Source: Escherichia phage vB_EcoM-P3322
Direction: 5' to 3' (one strand)
DNA length: 64,000 nt
Sequence record: PV191315.1
The notes under the pieces are model-generated. The model had not been told where the DNA came from and searched no databases. It worked only from the letters and a program-made list of their open reading frames with translations. Positions within the stretch are counted from its first letter, which is position 1. Every line of letters starts with the position of its first letter. This document shows, one piece after another, positions 44,038-53,735 of this stretch. Position numbers and translations under genes: made by a program.

Positions 44038-45864
44038 ATGAAAGATTTGTACCAAGATGTTTTTTCTTTTTTAGATCGCACTTCAGAAACATACACTAGA
44101 GAGAATGCAAACAAACCTTCCCACCTCGTTAACACGCATAGGGATCTCTTGGCGGGGATTTTAAGCAAACATATGGCAATGACACAGATACTGCCAAAAA
44201 ACTTGTCAGAATGGCATACAGAAGGTTTTGGACATATTCACGACTTGGATTATCTGCTCTCTCCTCTTACAAACTGTTGTCTTGTTAATTATCAAGATAT
44301 GTTAGAAAATGGTTTTAAGATCGGTGCTGCACAGATAGAAAAACCAAAATCTATTGGAGTAGCTACCACAGTGCTAACTCAAATCATCCAAGCTGTAGCA
44401 TCGAGCCAGTATGGTGGACAGACTTGTGCGCATATTGACGAGGGATTAAAACAATACGTAGAAAAAAGCTACAACAAAATCTTTAATAATCTCAGCAAAA
44501 ATTATCGTGGTCCTAATACAGAGGACTTAGAGAAAAGGGCGATGGAAGTGGTGGACAGTCTTGTTTATGACGCAATGCAAACACTTCTGTATCAAGTTAA
44601 TACCTTGATGAGTGTGAATGGTCAATCACCATTCATCACTATCAGCCTCGGCTTGGACACCTCTGTTTTTGGACGAATGATCACTAAGAACTATTTAAAG
44701 GTTCATACAGGAGGTCTTGGGAAGGATCGCGTGACCCCAGTATTCCCGAAAGTCGTGTTCTTCCTGAAAGACGGGGTGAATATGAAACCGGGTGACCCGA
44801 ATTACGATCTCAAGCAACTGGCAATGGAATGTTGTGCAGAAAGGATTTACCCTGATTTCATCTCTGTTCCACTGAACATGGAAGTCACAGGATCTTCAGA
44901 TGGCAAGGTTACAAGCATGGGTTGCAGAAGCTTCCTTTCTCACTATGCCACCGAACAAGGAGAAAAATACGATGGACGATTCAACCTTGGAGTAGTTTCT
45001 ATCAACTTACCTCTGATCGCTGCGGAAGCGAGAAGTAAAGGAGAATCTTTCACCGATCTTCTTAATAAACATATGGAGATAGCCTACGATGCTCACATGC
45101 TACGTGTAAACCGTATCAGACATACCAAAGCATCTGAAAACCCTATTCTTTTCATGGAAGGGGCTTTAGCTCGTTTAAATGCCAACGATGAAATTGGTGT
45201 TTTGTTTGAAGGTGGTTATGCTTCTATTAGTATTGGTTATGTAGGTCTTGCCGAAGCTTTGGAAATCCTTTATCCAGAAGAAAAAGATAAAAAGGAACTT
45301 GGTAAAAACATTCTGCAACATATGAAAGATGTGTGTGCTGTGTTTAAAGAACGATCTAATTTGGCGTTTAGTCTCTATGGAACTCCAGCAGAATCTTTGT
45401 GCTATAAGTTTGCAACAGCTTTAAATGAAAAATACCCAGGTTTGGTAGAAAGAGACTATCTTACTAACTCTTTTCATCAACCTGTGTGGTTGGTAACAAA
45501 CCCTTTTGAAAAATGGGATTATGAAGCAGGTTTTGCACAGATTAGTAATGGTGGTAACATAAGTTATGTCGAAACACCAAACTTAAAGAATAACTTAGAA
45601 GCTTTGGAAACTTTAGTAGACTACGCTTATGAACATATTCACTATTTTGGTATTAATCAGCCCGTGGATCAATGCTTTAAGTGTGGTTTTCATGGGGAAT
45701 TTAAGGCAACGGCTAAAGGGTTTGAGTGTCCTGATTGTGGCAACCATGAAGAAGAAACTATTTCTGTAGTTAGACGTGTATCAGGGTATCTTTCTGCCCC
45801 TAATTCACGGCCTTATAACAAAGGTAAAATGCAGGAAGTTTTGCAAAGGGAGAAACATTTTTGA
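44038..45864 (+). CDS. nrdD: anaerobic ribonucleoside-triphosphate reductase (class III)
   Basis: 608 aa; C-terminal glycyl-radical RVSGYL and Zn site CFKCG...CPDCG; followed by activase gene; no intron. Confidence 0.9.
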   Translation: MKDLYQDVFSFLDRTSETYTRENANKPSHLVNTHRDLLAGILSKHMAMTQILPKNLSEWHTEGFGHIHDLDYLLSPLTNCCLVNYQDMLENGFKIGAAQIEKPKSIGVATTVLTQIIQAVASSQYGGQTCAHIDEGLKQYVEKSYNKIFNNLSKNYRGPNTEDLEKRAMEVVDSLVYDAMQTLLYQVNTLMSVNGQSPFITISLGLDTSVFGRMITKNYLKVHTGGLGKDRVTPVFPKVVFFLKDGVNMKPGDPNYDLKQLAMECCAERIYPDFISVPLNMEVTGSSDGKVTSMGCRSFLSHYATEQGEKYDGRFNLGVVSINLPLIAAEARSKGESFTDLLNKHMEIAYDAHMLRVNRIRHTKASENPILFMEGALARLNANDEIGVLFEGGYASISIGYVGLAEALEILYPEEKDKKELGKNILQHMKDVCAVFKERSNLAFSLYGTPAESLCYKFATALNEKYPGLVERDYLTNSFHQPVWLVTNPFEKWDYEAGFAQISNGGNISYVETPNLKNNLEALETLVDYAYEHIHYFGINQPVDQCFKCGFHGEFKATAKGFECPDCGNHEEETISVVRRVSGYLSAPNSRPYNKGKMQEVLQREKHF

Positions 45865-46331
45865 ATTTTGCAGGATACGAACCTGTAGATCTTATTAATG
45901 GTGAGGGAGTTAGGTGCTCCCTCTGGGTTAGTGGTTGTAGCCACGGTTGTCGTGGCTGTTTTAACCAAAAAGCCTGGTCTTATTCTTATGGGAAACCGTT
46001 TACTCACGAAAATGTAGAGCAAGTTTTAAAAGATTTGTCAAGACCGTTTGTAAAAGGTTTAACAATTTTAGGAGGAGAGCCATTAGATCCACAGAATATT
46101 TACAATGTTAAAAACCTTATAGAAAAGGTTAGAGACGTTTATGGGTCAAGCAAAGATATAATGGTGTATACAGGGTATACTTTTGAGGAAGTGCCTTTGT
46201 ATATTAAAAATCTTGTTGACATTATTGTAGACGGAAAGTATGAAATAAACAATCCAACTGCAAAACCTTTCAGAGGGTCAGATAATCAAAGATTATGGAC
46301 CAAAACGGCAAGTGGTTGGCAATCAGATTAA
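45861..46331 (+). CDS. nrdG: anaerobic RNR activating protein (radical SAM)
   Basis: TTG start overlapping nrdD stop; CSHGCRGCFN radical-SAM cluster motif; GLTILGGEPL. Confidence 0.85.
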   Translation: MNFAGYEPVDLINGEGVRCSLWVSGCSHGCRGCFNQKAWSYSYGKPFTHENVEQVLKDLSRPFVKGLTILGGEPLDPQNIYNVKNLIEKVRDVYGSSKDIMVYTGYTFEEVPLYIKNLVDIIVDGKYEINNPTAKPFRGSDNQRLWTKTASGWQSD

Positions 46332-46344
46332 CTTAGGAGGTTTC

Positions 46345-46536
46345 ATGGTTACATATTTTGCTGTAGGAGATAGAGTAGGGACGGCGGGAGAACTTTTGAA
46401 GAACAGTGATCGGGACGTTAAGGACATTCTTGCAACCCTTGTGGATATTTTACAAAGAAAAGAGTTGCTTTCTGATCGAGATGTTGCTAAATTACTTGAT
46501 ATCGGAGGAGATGAACTTCAAAGACTTCCATTTTAA
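46345..46536 (+). CDS. hypothetical small protein
   Basis: Start at ATG 46345 after AGGAGG RBS. Confidence 0.4.
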   Translation: MVTYFAVGDRVGTAGELLKNSDRDVKDILATLVDILQRKELLSDRDVAKLLDIGGDELQRLPF

Positions 46537-46551
46537 GTGAGGAGATAAGTA

Positions 46552-47157
46552 ATGCAACATAGTGTAGTAGTCAACATGCCGAATAGTGGGGATAAATCTT
46601 TTGGTGTCCCTGCTAAAAAAGTGTGGAAAGCCCATTTTCATCTTACTTTATCTAATGTTAGTTCTGAAGAGTTGATGAAAGCAGCTAAGATTATTGGTGC
46701 CAAATGCACAACAATTGATTTACATCGGGATACAAAGTCTCAACGTGATCGTATGTTAACAAAGTATCAAAGCGATCTCGACACTACTTTAATGTTGCAG
46801 TGTGTAGAAAAACTTGAGAATGCAGGTTTCAATGTTGTTCGTTACAAACTGGAACGAATGTTTAAACATGTTGCCTGTGTTCTTTTCATGGATCTAAGTA
46901 AAGAAAATTACGGAGAAGTTCACATTAAGACTTCAGCAAGTGATCCCGAAGTAGAAACAAACTTCTTCCGTATTTCTTCTAATGCTGAAGAAGTTGATTA
47001 CCGATTTTATAATGCTCGCTTATATTCCGCAGAAGATAAGTTGCGTTTCAATGAAGCGTATGATATGCTCTTGAACAGTGGGATACAGATAAAAGGCTAC
47101 CACATAGAACAAGTGGTAGTGGACAGTAATCTTAACTTAGACGCATGGTGGGCTTAA
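46552..47157 (+). CDS. hypothetical protein
   Basis: 201 aa; single HxTx-like HFHLTL motif only. Confidence 0.5.
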   Translation: MQHSVVVNMPNSGDKSFGVPAKKVWKAHFHLTLSNVSSEELMKAAKIIGAKCTTIDLHRDTKSQRDRMLTKYQSDLDTTLMLQCVEKLENAGFNVVRYKLERMFKHVACVLFMDLSKENYGEVHIKTSASDPEVETNFFRISSNAEEVDYRFYNARLYSAEDKLRFNEAYDMLLNSGIQIKGYHIEQVVVDSNLNLDAWWA

Positions 47158-47158
47158 T

Positions 47159-47815
47159 ATGACTATTAAACATATCTCTTTTGATGTATGGAACACACTG
47201 ATCACAGCAAACTCCAATTACGCAGACATGCGAGCCTGGACTATCGCAAAATATGGAGATATTACGGAAGTGGAAGCAAGAGCAGCTTATAAAAAGATCA
47301 AAAAGGAACTGGATAATGCAGCACTTCAAGGCAAAGCCGAGTGTGCAGCATATGCTTGGGAAAGACTTGGTTCTGAACTTGGGATAACGCCTTGGAAGTC
47401 TGCAAAGCTTCGTTTCGAGTGTGAACAGTGGTTCCTTAAGTTTCCACCACACGTAGCCGTGGATCTGCCGATGTACTTGCTGTATCTTTCGGGGCGTTAT
47501 GATTTGAGTATTAAGAGCAATACCAACTTCATATCAGGGGATATCCTGCGTCGTGCTTGTAAGTTTGATAGTTGGAATTGTTTTGAGTTCACCCATTTCT
47601 CGGATGAAGCTTTACTTTGTAAACCAGATCCGCGATTCTTTGCTCGCACGCTCACGTATTCTCCGATCCCTCTGTTAGGGCACGAAGTGTTGCACGTAGG
47701 CGATAGTGAAGAATATGATGGAAAATGTGTTGACTTAGGATTTAACTTCTGTCATATTAAGAACCCTAACGACTTACTAGAGAAACTTAAAAGAGGAGAA
47801 ATTGTAAATGCGTAA
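47159..47815 (+). CDS. HAD-like hydrolase
   Basis: Motif I FDVWNTL, II LSIKSNTN, III KPDPRFF, IV VGDSEEYD. Confidence 0.7.
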   Translation: MTIKHISFDVWNTLITANSNYADMRAWTIAKYGDITEVEARAAYKKIKKELDNAALQGKAECAAYAWERLGSELGITPWKSAKLRFECEQWFLKFPPHVAVDLPMYLLYLSGRYDLSIKSNTNFISGDILRRACKFDSWNCFEFTHFSDEALLCKPDPRFFARTLTYSPIPLLGHEVLHVGDSEEYDGKCVDLGFNFCHIKNPNDLLEKLKRGEIVNA

Positions 47816-48635
47816 TCAAACTCAAATTTTTGCAAATAAATTTGATGACCTGGAAACTGCTACTTTTGATATCCAAGATTATTCAAAATTGAAATTTGGT
47901 AGTAACCAAGCTGCGCGTCGTATGGGTAAAGAATTGGCACTTCAGTTTTTTGCTCAAGTGGCAATGAAACATATTGGGGAACAATTTGTTATCATTCCTT
48001 CTCCTTATAACCATGTGCATAATGCTGCAACAATGATGACAGATCATTTTATTAATTACTTTAATATGTTGCAATCACAATATGATCAAGGTCGTTCAGC
48101 AGAACTGGACATTATTCATCGTAAAGTTAGCTATATCAACGATTATGGTTTCTTGGATAAAGCTAGTCGTAAGAAACTTATTGATGGGGATACATTCTAC
48201 TGCAACAAAGAATTCTGGGGTGATAAGAAGCTTGTATTCATTGATGATGTAAATATCACTGGAACGCATGAAGACAAACTGATTGAGATCCTTGATGAAA
48301 ATCAAGTTAAAAATGATGTTTACTTCCTGTATTTTGCAAAATACGAAGGTAATCAAGCAGATACCGAAGCTAAACTGAATTTTAACTACATTAATACACC
48401 AGAAGCGTTTGTTAAAATGATTAATGAAGAACGTGATGCACAGTGTCTTGTTCGTCCTATTAAGTATCTTATGGGCCAAAATCATGAAGACTTCAAAATC
48501 ATTCTTAGCCAATTGCCACATTACTATGTAGAGCAACTTTTCTTTGGATGCTTGGGAGAAGGTTACAACCGAATTTCAAAGTATGCTGAAAACTTTGAAT
48601 TCTTGGATCGTTACACAAAACAACACATTCTGTAA
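47808..48635 (+). CDS. phosphoribosyltransferase (type I PRTase)-like protein
   Basis: PRPP-binding-loop-like KKLVFIDDVNITGTHE; 8-nt overlap with HAD gene. Confidence 0.55.
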   Translation: MRNQTQIFANKFDDLETATFDIQDYSKLKFGSNQAARRMGKELALQFFAQVAMKHIGEQFVIIPSPYNHVHNAATMMTDHFINYFNMLQSQYDQGRSAELDIIHRKVSYINDYGFLDKASRKKLIDGDTFYCNKEFWGDKKLVFIDDVNITGTHEDKLIEILDENQVKNDVYFLYFAKYEGNQADTEAKLNFNYINTPEAFVKMINEERDAQCLVRPIKYLMGQNHEDFKIILSQLPHYYVEQLFFGCLGEGYNRISKYAENFEFLDRYTKQHIL

Positions 48636-48648
48636 TAAGGAGCTAAAA

Positions 48649-49122
48649 ATGCTTAAAATTAAAACAGGTAATCTTATTGATGCCGCTAAAGCAGGTGAAG
48701 TAACTGTTATTGCTCATTGTTGCAACTGTATGTGTAATATGGGGGCAGGTATTGCCCCACAAATCAAACGAGCATTTCCTTACGCATATGCAGCAGACTT
48801 AGACACAATGGCTGGTGATCAAAGTAAACTAGGTTGTTTTAGTTTAGGGGTGCCAGACGAACAATCCGACCCTTTGGTATATAATCTATACGGGCAATAC
48901 CGTTACGGATACAATGCTAAAGGTCGTCAGTTGGACTATGATGCACTTTACGATGCACTAATAGCTATGGCTAACGATTTGCTTCTCCGTGACCAAAAAT
49001 GTAAGATCGGCTTACCTATGATTGGCGCTGGATATGCTGGAGGTAATTGGGCTATCATCCAAGTGATGATTGAAGAAACTTTAGTAAAAACAGGTCACGA
49101 TGTGACTATTTATAAACTTTAA
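48649..49122 (+). CDS. macro-domain-like protein
   Basis: Start at ATG 48649 after AAGGAG; GNLIDAAKAGEVTVIAHCCNCMCNMGAGIAPQIKRAFP and GLPMIGAGYAGGNWAII resemble macro-domain loops. Confidence 0.55.
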   Translation: MLKIKTGNLIDAAKAGEVTVIAHCCNCMCNMGAGIAPQIKRAFPYAYAADLDTMAGDQSKLGCFSLGVPDEQSDPLVYNLYGQYRYGYNAKGRQLDYDALYDALIAMANDLLLRDQKCKIGLPMIGAGYAGGNWAIIQVMIEETLVKTGHDVTIYKL

Positions 49123-49134
49123 GAGGAGATTAGT

Positions 49135-49356
49135 ATGGGTGTTTTTGCAGGTATTGTTGCAGTGGTAAGCTTTTTTGTTATTGCTTTTATGCTTAGTTTG
49201 ATTCCAGCTTGGTTACTGTTGCTGGCTTACAACTATGTTGCTGAAGTTATGGGTCATGCAGATATCACTGTCCCAGTAACCTTCTGGACCGTGGTTTGTG
49301 TTTCGTTTATTCTGGCTGTATTACGAGGAATCTTTTCCTCTCATTCAACAAAATAA
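49135..49356 (+). CDS. small membrane protein
   Basis: 73 aa, two TM helices. Confidence 0.5.
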   Translation: MGVFAGIVAVVSFFVIAFMLSLIPAWLLLLAYNYVAEVMGHADITVPVTFWTVVCVSFILAVLRGIFSSHSTK

Positions 49357-49359
49357 GTG

Positions 49360-49418
49360 TTGACATAGTTCTTAAAAAGAGTAAGATGTATCACATGAAG
49401 CGGGGAATAGTTCCCCGC
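49360..49418 (+). promoter_or_regulatory. promoter + 5' GC-hairpin module upstream of terC
   Basis: TTGACA (49360-49365), 16-nt spacer, TAAGAT (49382-49387), GTATCACAT, hairpin GCGGGGAATAGTTCCCCGC; same class as the minus-strand modules. Confidence 0.6.
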
Positions 49419-49435
49419 AAAGAGAGGAGAAAAGA

Positions 49436-50410
49436 ATGCAACTTGGTTTCCCAATTATTGATGTAGTTGTTTTAGTTGGTATTTTAGCATTGTCTATTGG
49501 TATTGATTTCTTTGGTCACAAAGAAAATAAAGAAATTTCATTCAAATCCGCAGTTGGTTGGTCGATCTTTTGGATTGGTGTATCATTAGCTTATTATGGT
49601 TTTGTATACTTCCAACATGGTGCCGATTTTGCTAACTTGTTTTTAAGTGGATATGTGTTGGAAAAATCTTTGTCGGTAGATAACTTGGTAGTATTTGTAG
49701 CAGTATTCGCAAGTTTTGGTATTAAAAGCACACACTTGCAGCACAAGATTCTACTTTGGGGTATTGCAGGTGCGATTGTCTTCCGAGGTGTGTTTGTAGC
49801 AGTAGGCACTTACTTGTTAAGTTTGGGCTGGTATGTTAATATCTTCTTCGGTGCGGTCATCCTTTTCTGTGCAGCTAAAATGGTATTTGCTGGAGATAAT
49901 GACGCAGAAGTTGATTACTCTAAACACTGGGCTACCCGTATTGTTCGTAAACTGTTCCCTGTATCTAATAAAATGGATGGGGAGAAGTTCTTCACAATCG
50001 AAAATGGTGTTCGTGTAGCAACTCCAGCTTTGGTTTGCGTATTCGTGATGGAAATGGTGGATGTAATCTTTGCAGTAGATTCGGTTCCAGCGGTGATCGC
50101 AGTGACACAAGAACCCCTGCTTGTATTCTCTTCGATGTTATGTGCAATCTTAGGTCTACGTGCTCTGTTCTTTGTTCTTAGTGTCGCACTGAAGTATCTG
50201 GTTCACTTGGAGAAAGCAGTTATTGTGGTTCTGGTGTTTGTAGGCGTTAAACTGATGTATCACCCGTTTGCAGAAACATTGCATGAGAAAATGAGTTTCC
50301 TGCCAGCACATATTGATCCAACTATTAGTATGTATATCGTGCTTGGTACTTTGGCCCTTGGTGTTATTGCAAGCTTTATCTTCCCTGAAAAAGAAGAAGC
50401 TACTGTTTAA
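49436..50410 (+). CDS. terC: TerC/Alx-family integral membrane protein
   Basis: Multi-pass membrane protein with YVLEKSLSVDN and FAVDSVPAV...ILGLRALFF signatures. Confidence 0.85.
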   Translation: MQLGFPIIDVVVLVGILALSIGIDFFGHKENKEISFKSAVGWSIFWIGVSLAYYGFVYFQHGADFANLFLSGYVLEKSLSVDNLVVFVAVFASFGIKSTHLQHKILLWGIAGAIVFRGVFVAVGTYLLSLGWYVNIFFGAVILFCAAKMVFAGDNDAEVDYSKHWATRIVRKLFPVSNKMDGEKFFTIENGVRVATPALVCVFVMEMVDVIFAVDSVPAVIAVTQEPLLVFSSMLCAILGLRALFFVLSVALKYLVHLEKAVIVVLVFVGVKLMYHPFAETLHEKMSFLPAHIDPTISMYIVLGTLALGVIASFIFPEKEEATV

Positions 50411-50416
50411 TAAATG

Positions 50417-50440
50417 AGCCTCCTTCGGGAGGCTATTTTA
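50417..50440 (+). terminator. intrinsic terminator
   Basis: AGCCTCCTTCGGGAGGCT hairpin followed by ATTTTAT. Confidence 0.65.
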
Positions 50441-50452
50441 TAGGAGAGACTT

Positions 50453-50803
50453 ATGAGTAATTTTGATGAAATTCAAGAACTTGTTTGGGATTTATCTGGT
50501 GATGTGGATTACATTTCAGATTATCTTTCAAAAGTTTACCCTGGGGTAAGCGTTATGATTGTGACCAAAGATCCAATTAATTTGCCTCCTAACGTGGTAG
50601 CTTGTTGTGGAAGTGGTTCAGGAGAAGTAGAGCCTGTATCTCGTTGGGAATTAACTAAAGCTGTTTCAAAACGAAATGGTGAAGTTTTGAATATTGATAT
50701 CGAACAAATATGGACTTCTCCAGCAGCCAAATGGAATGATCCTAATGGTTGGGATTTGTTCTTCTGGGATAATGAAACTGATGATGAGGTATTTTTAAAA
50801 TGA
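50453..50803 (+). CDS. hypothetical protein
   Basis: 116-aa acidic ORF. Confidence 0.5.
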   Translation: MSNFDEIQELVWDLSGDVDYISDYLSKVYPGVSVMIVTKDPINLPPNVVACCGSGSGEVEPVSRWELTKAVSKRNGEVLNIDIEQIWTSPAAKWNDPNGWDLFFWDNETDDEVFLK

Positions 50804-51045
50804 AATACTTGTTGGTTGTGTTTGAAAATATTTGTTTTGCAATAGGGTTGTTTGTTGTAATTTTTGTATTGACAAGCGTAATCAACGGCAGTAAAGTGAG
50901 TTTATACCGAGATGGAGAGCAACTCTATTGCTTCTCTGGAGATTTCAAACACAGATGTATTAATAGTCAAAATGAGGAAAGCAAATATGAAAAAACTAGC
51001 CCTGATTTTAATTGGTTGTATCTTTTTAACAGCTTGCGAGGATGA
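50800..51045 (+). CDS. hypothetical membrane protein (uncertain)
   Basis: ATGA overlap with upstream stop; N-terminal TM helix; 3' end overlaps lipoprotein gene. Confidence 0.35.
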   Translation: MKYLLVVFENICFAIGLFVVIFVLTSVINGSKVSLYRDGEQLYCFSGDFKHRCINSQNEESKYEKTSPDFNWLYLFNSLRG

Positions 51046-51424
51046 AACAAATCCTGCACAATACCAACAACCTCCTCAACAATACACTCAACAAGGATCT
51101 GACGGAGATACAACTATTATCAACAATGGTGGCGGTTCTAGTAGTAGTGGTGTTGGTGAGTTTGCTACAGGTATGTTGTTAGGGCATATGATGAGTGGCA
51201 GTAGTAATCGTAGCAGTGGTGATTATAACGATAACAGAACGATTATTAATAAGCATTATAATACACCTAAACCGAAAACTAATTTTTATGGTAAGCCTAA
51301 ACAAGAGATAAAAACTTATGAAAAGCCGAGACAAACTTTTAAAACAAATAGTAGCTATACAACTCGTAAATCTTACAATAGCCCTTTAAGTAAAAAGAGT
51401 TCATCTCGTAGCAAGCGACGTTAA
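50987..51424 (+). CDS. putative lipoprotein
   Basis: Start at ATG 50987; lipobox MKKLALILIGCIFLTAC; Gly/Ser/Asn-rich middle, basic C-terminus. Confidence 0.5.
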   Translation: MKKLALILIGCIFLTACEDETNPAQYQQPPQQYTQQGSDGDTTIINNGGGSSSSGVGEFATGMLLGHMMSGSSNRSSGDYNDNRTIINKHYNTPKPKTNFYGKPKQEIKTYEKPRQTFKTNSSYTTRKSYNSPLSKKSSSRSKRR

Positions 51425-51438
51425 TAAGGAGAAAAACA

Positions 51439-52032
51439 ATGACAATTTCTATTCGTACTTCCATCGTAGGTGTTAAAAGGTTGCCTAATGCTTTGCAAAT
51501 CACACGCGCTTTGAGGGATACATTCTCTGCTGTGGACGAGCATAAGATGCTTGATAATCTTTCAAATTGGCCCTATTTCCATTATTTTAAAAATGAAGAT
51601 GACGAGTTTATAGACGCTGTTTCTTATGGTTATGATTTCGGTAAGGAGGTTTCTGCTGAAGAATTTGTAGCTATGGTGTTCCCAAACGGTTTGCCTACTC
51701 GCAGTAAACGTAAAAAAGGACCAAAAAACAAGAAACGTGCTACTAATAAAGCTACCATTTTCTTTACTGATGGCACACAATATACGATTAAAGATTTTGA
51801 AGAGGTATCTTATACAGCAGGTGGGAATCTTTCTTTCTACACCATCAAAAAACAAAACTCTACGTTCAGCCATGTTTCTAACATGATTGAAATGTTAGTA
51901 GAAGATATTGAAAGCGTGGCTGTGTTAGGTATGCATAAAAGCTTTTTAATTACAAATATTTCAGATTTCAGTGCAAGTTTATCTGGCCCTGATTTTGAAG
52001 CCACGACCACGCATTTCGCTTTTAAGGTGTAA
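51439..52032 (+). CDS. hypothetical protein
   Basis: 197-aa ORF. Confidence 0.5.
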   Translation: MTISIRTSIVGVKRLPNALQITRALRDTFSAVDEHKMLDNLSNWPYFHYFKNEDDEFIDAVSYGYDFGKEVSAEEFVAMVFPNGLPTRSKRKKGPKNKKRATNKATIFFTDGTQYTIKDFEEVSYTAGGNLSFYTIKKQNSTFSHVSNMIEMLVEDIESVAVLGMHKSFLITNISDFSASLSGPDFEATTTHFAFKV

Positions 52033-52035
52033 GTT

Positions 52036-52626
52036 ATGCATACCGAGAGAGACTTGCAACTCTTGTGGTGGGAAGTGATGCAGGAAATAAAAGAAGATTT
52101 TCCTGCTTACTACAACATGTTACGTGAAGCAGGATATAAAGCTTGTGTTAGAAACAAAGTGAATAACTCTTTCGGTTGGTGCAACTACCGAGATAAAATT
52201 GTTGTTGTAAATTGGCACTTGCATAAGAACTCCACAAGAGATATGATCGTGGATACAATGAAGCACGAAATTGCTCATGCTATTGATGGTTGTATGGGTA
52301 AGTTTAGTAGGCACGGTGCTCATTGGCAAAAACTGGCAGCAGAATTAGGGGCTAATCCTAAAGCCACTTCCAAAGAGCCGTTGAACCACGAATATAAATA
52401 TGTTCTTGTTCTGGTAGATAGGTTTGCGACAAGATGTGTTAGAGGTTATAATCGTAAACCTAATCGCATGTACCCAGGTAAGCAACCTAATATGTGGTTG
52501 AAATCAGATAAAGAAGGGACCGAAGGAAAATTATGGTTGTATAAATGGGACGATTGGGTTAAAGTAGCTAAAGAGTACGGTGTTTCACCATATATAAGAG
52601 ATGCAGAAGAGGAGAATGAAGAATGA
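52036..52626 (+). CDS. SprT-like zinc metalloprotease-domain protein
   Basis: HEIAHAIDG (HExxH) followed by HGAHWQ. Confidence 0.6.
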   Translation: MHTERDLQLLWWEVMQEIKEDFPAYYNMLREAGYKACVRNKVNNSFGWCNYRDKIVVVNWHLHKNSTRDMIVDTMKHEIAHAIDGCMGKFSRHGAHWQKLAAELGANPKATSKEPLNHEYKYVLVLVDRFATRCVRGYNRKPNRMYPGKQPNMWLKSDKEGTEGKLWLYKWDDWVKVAKEYGVSPYIRDAEEENEE

Positions 52627-53735
52627 CAAGTCCATTTTTAAAAGCAGCTACTGGTGGTCAGAAGAAGCCTGAAATGAGCGTATTTGCTGCAACAACAGAT
52701 GCAAGTAAATCTGTATTCGCTCCAAGCGTGTTAGATGCCAGTCCTGTTTATGCACCAGCGGCACCGCAAGAAGTTCCAGTTTTGCCTTCTATGACCCGAC
52801 AAGAGATCGAAGAGATTGGGGCAGAGGCAGGAACAACCTTGCGTTCCTTGAATGCCGAGGTATTAAAACATCAACGTAGTAATCAAGGCGATCAGATGAG
52901 TGAACGACTCACAGCTTTGATTAAACAGGCAAAACAACTTGATCCAAACTCTATTAAACAAAGCAAGGGTATTACTAAACTCATTAAAAAAGTTATGGGT
53001 ATGAAAGAAGATCTGTTTGGGGAGTTTGATAATGTTAATAACCGTATTGAAGAGTTGGTAAAGAACCTTCAAATGGATATTCGCAAAGAAGAAGATTCCT
53101 TGGTATATCTTGAAAAGCTACATCAAGCTATTGGACAATATGCTGCAAGTTTGAACCGAGATATGCAGCTTCTAACAGCAACCTATGAAAAAGAAGAACA
53201 AGCTTTGGCTGCTCTTCCAGAAGATGCAGTAGAACAGCGACAAGTGATCCGAGATACTTTGGATCTTCTGGAGATTCGTATTGCAGATTTAAAAGCATTG
53301 CGCCTACTGTGTGTCCAAATGGGACCGCGTGTACAAGGTATGCAAAAAGTTTCTGCAAGCTTAATGCGATCTGCGCGTAACATAGTAAATAATGTTATTC
53401 CTGCTTACTCTGCTAACTTCTCAATGTATATCGAGAGCTTACGTCAAATGAAAGCAGCAGAGACGCAGAATAACGTTCTTGATGAATTTAACCTGGCAAT
53501 TAAACTGGGTAGCGATCTTGCCACACAGAATCAGATCGAAGCAGCAGCACTGGCTAACCGTCAAGTGTTGGATATTGAAACTCTGCGTCACGATCAGGAA
53601 AACTTGGTTAAGATGTTGGAAGAAACTAACCGCATCAATACGGAAGCCCGTGCTGCTCGTGTTGATTATATTAATGAAGTTCAATCTCTGGAAGACGGGA
53701 TGGTAGCTGCTGTGAAACGAGGGCTTGGTAAATGA
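52623..53735 (+). CDS. hypothetical helical protein, possibly TelA-like
   Basis: 370 aa, Gln/Glu/Leu-rich helical composition; size and Ter context fit TelA; no motif verified. Confidence 0.5.
   Translation: MTSPFLKAATGGQKKPEMSVFAATTDASKSVFAPSVLDASPVYAPAAPQEVPVLPSMTRQEIEEIGAEAGTTLRSLNAEVLKHQRSNQGDQMSERLTALIKQAKQLDPNSIKQSKGITKLIKKVMGMKEDLFGEFDNVNNRIEELVKNLQMDIRKEEDSLVYLEKLHQAIGQYAASLNRDMQLLTATYEKEEQALAALPEDAVEQRQVIRDTLDLLEIRIADLKALRLLCVQMGPRVQGMQKVSASLMRSARNIVNNVIPAYSANFSMYIESLRQMKAAETQNNVLDEFNLAIKLGSDLATQNQIEAAALANRQVLDIETLRHDQENLVKMLEETNRINTEARAARVDYINEVQSLEDGMVAAVKRGLGK

Noticed and set aside
44038-45864. Group I intron or homing endonuclease within nrdD
   Set aside because: nrdD is one uninterrupted 608-codon ORF through the glycyl-radical and zinc motifs.
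46552-47157. 2H phosphoesterase (LigT-like) assignment
   Set aside because: Only one HxTx-like motif (HFHLTL) was found; the required second motif is absent, so left as hypothetical.
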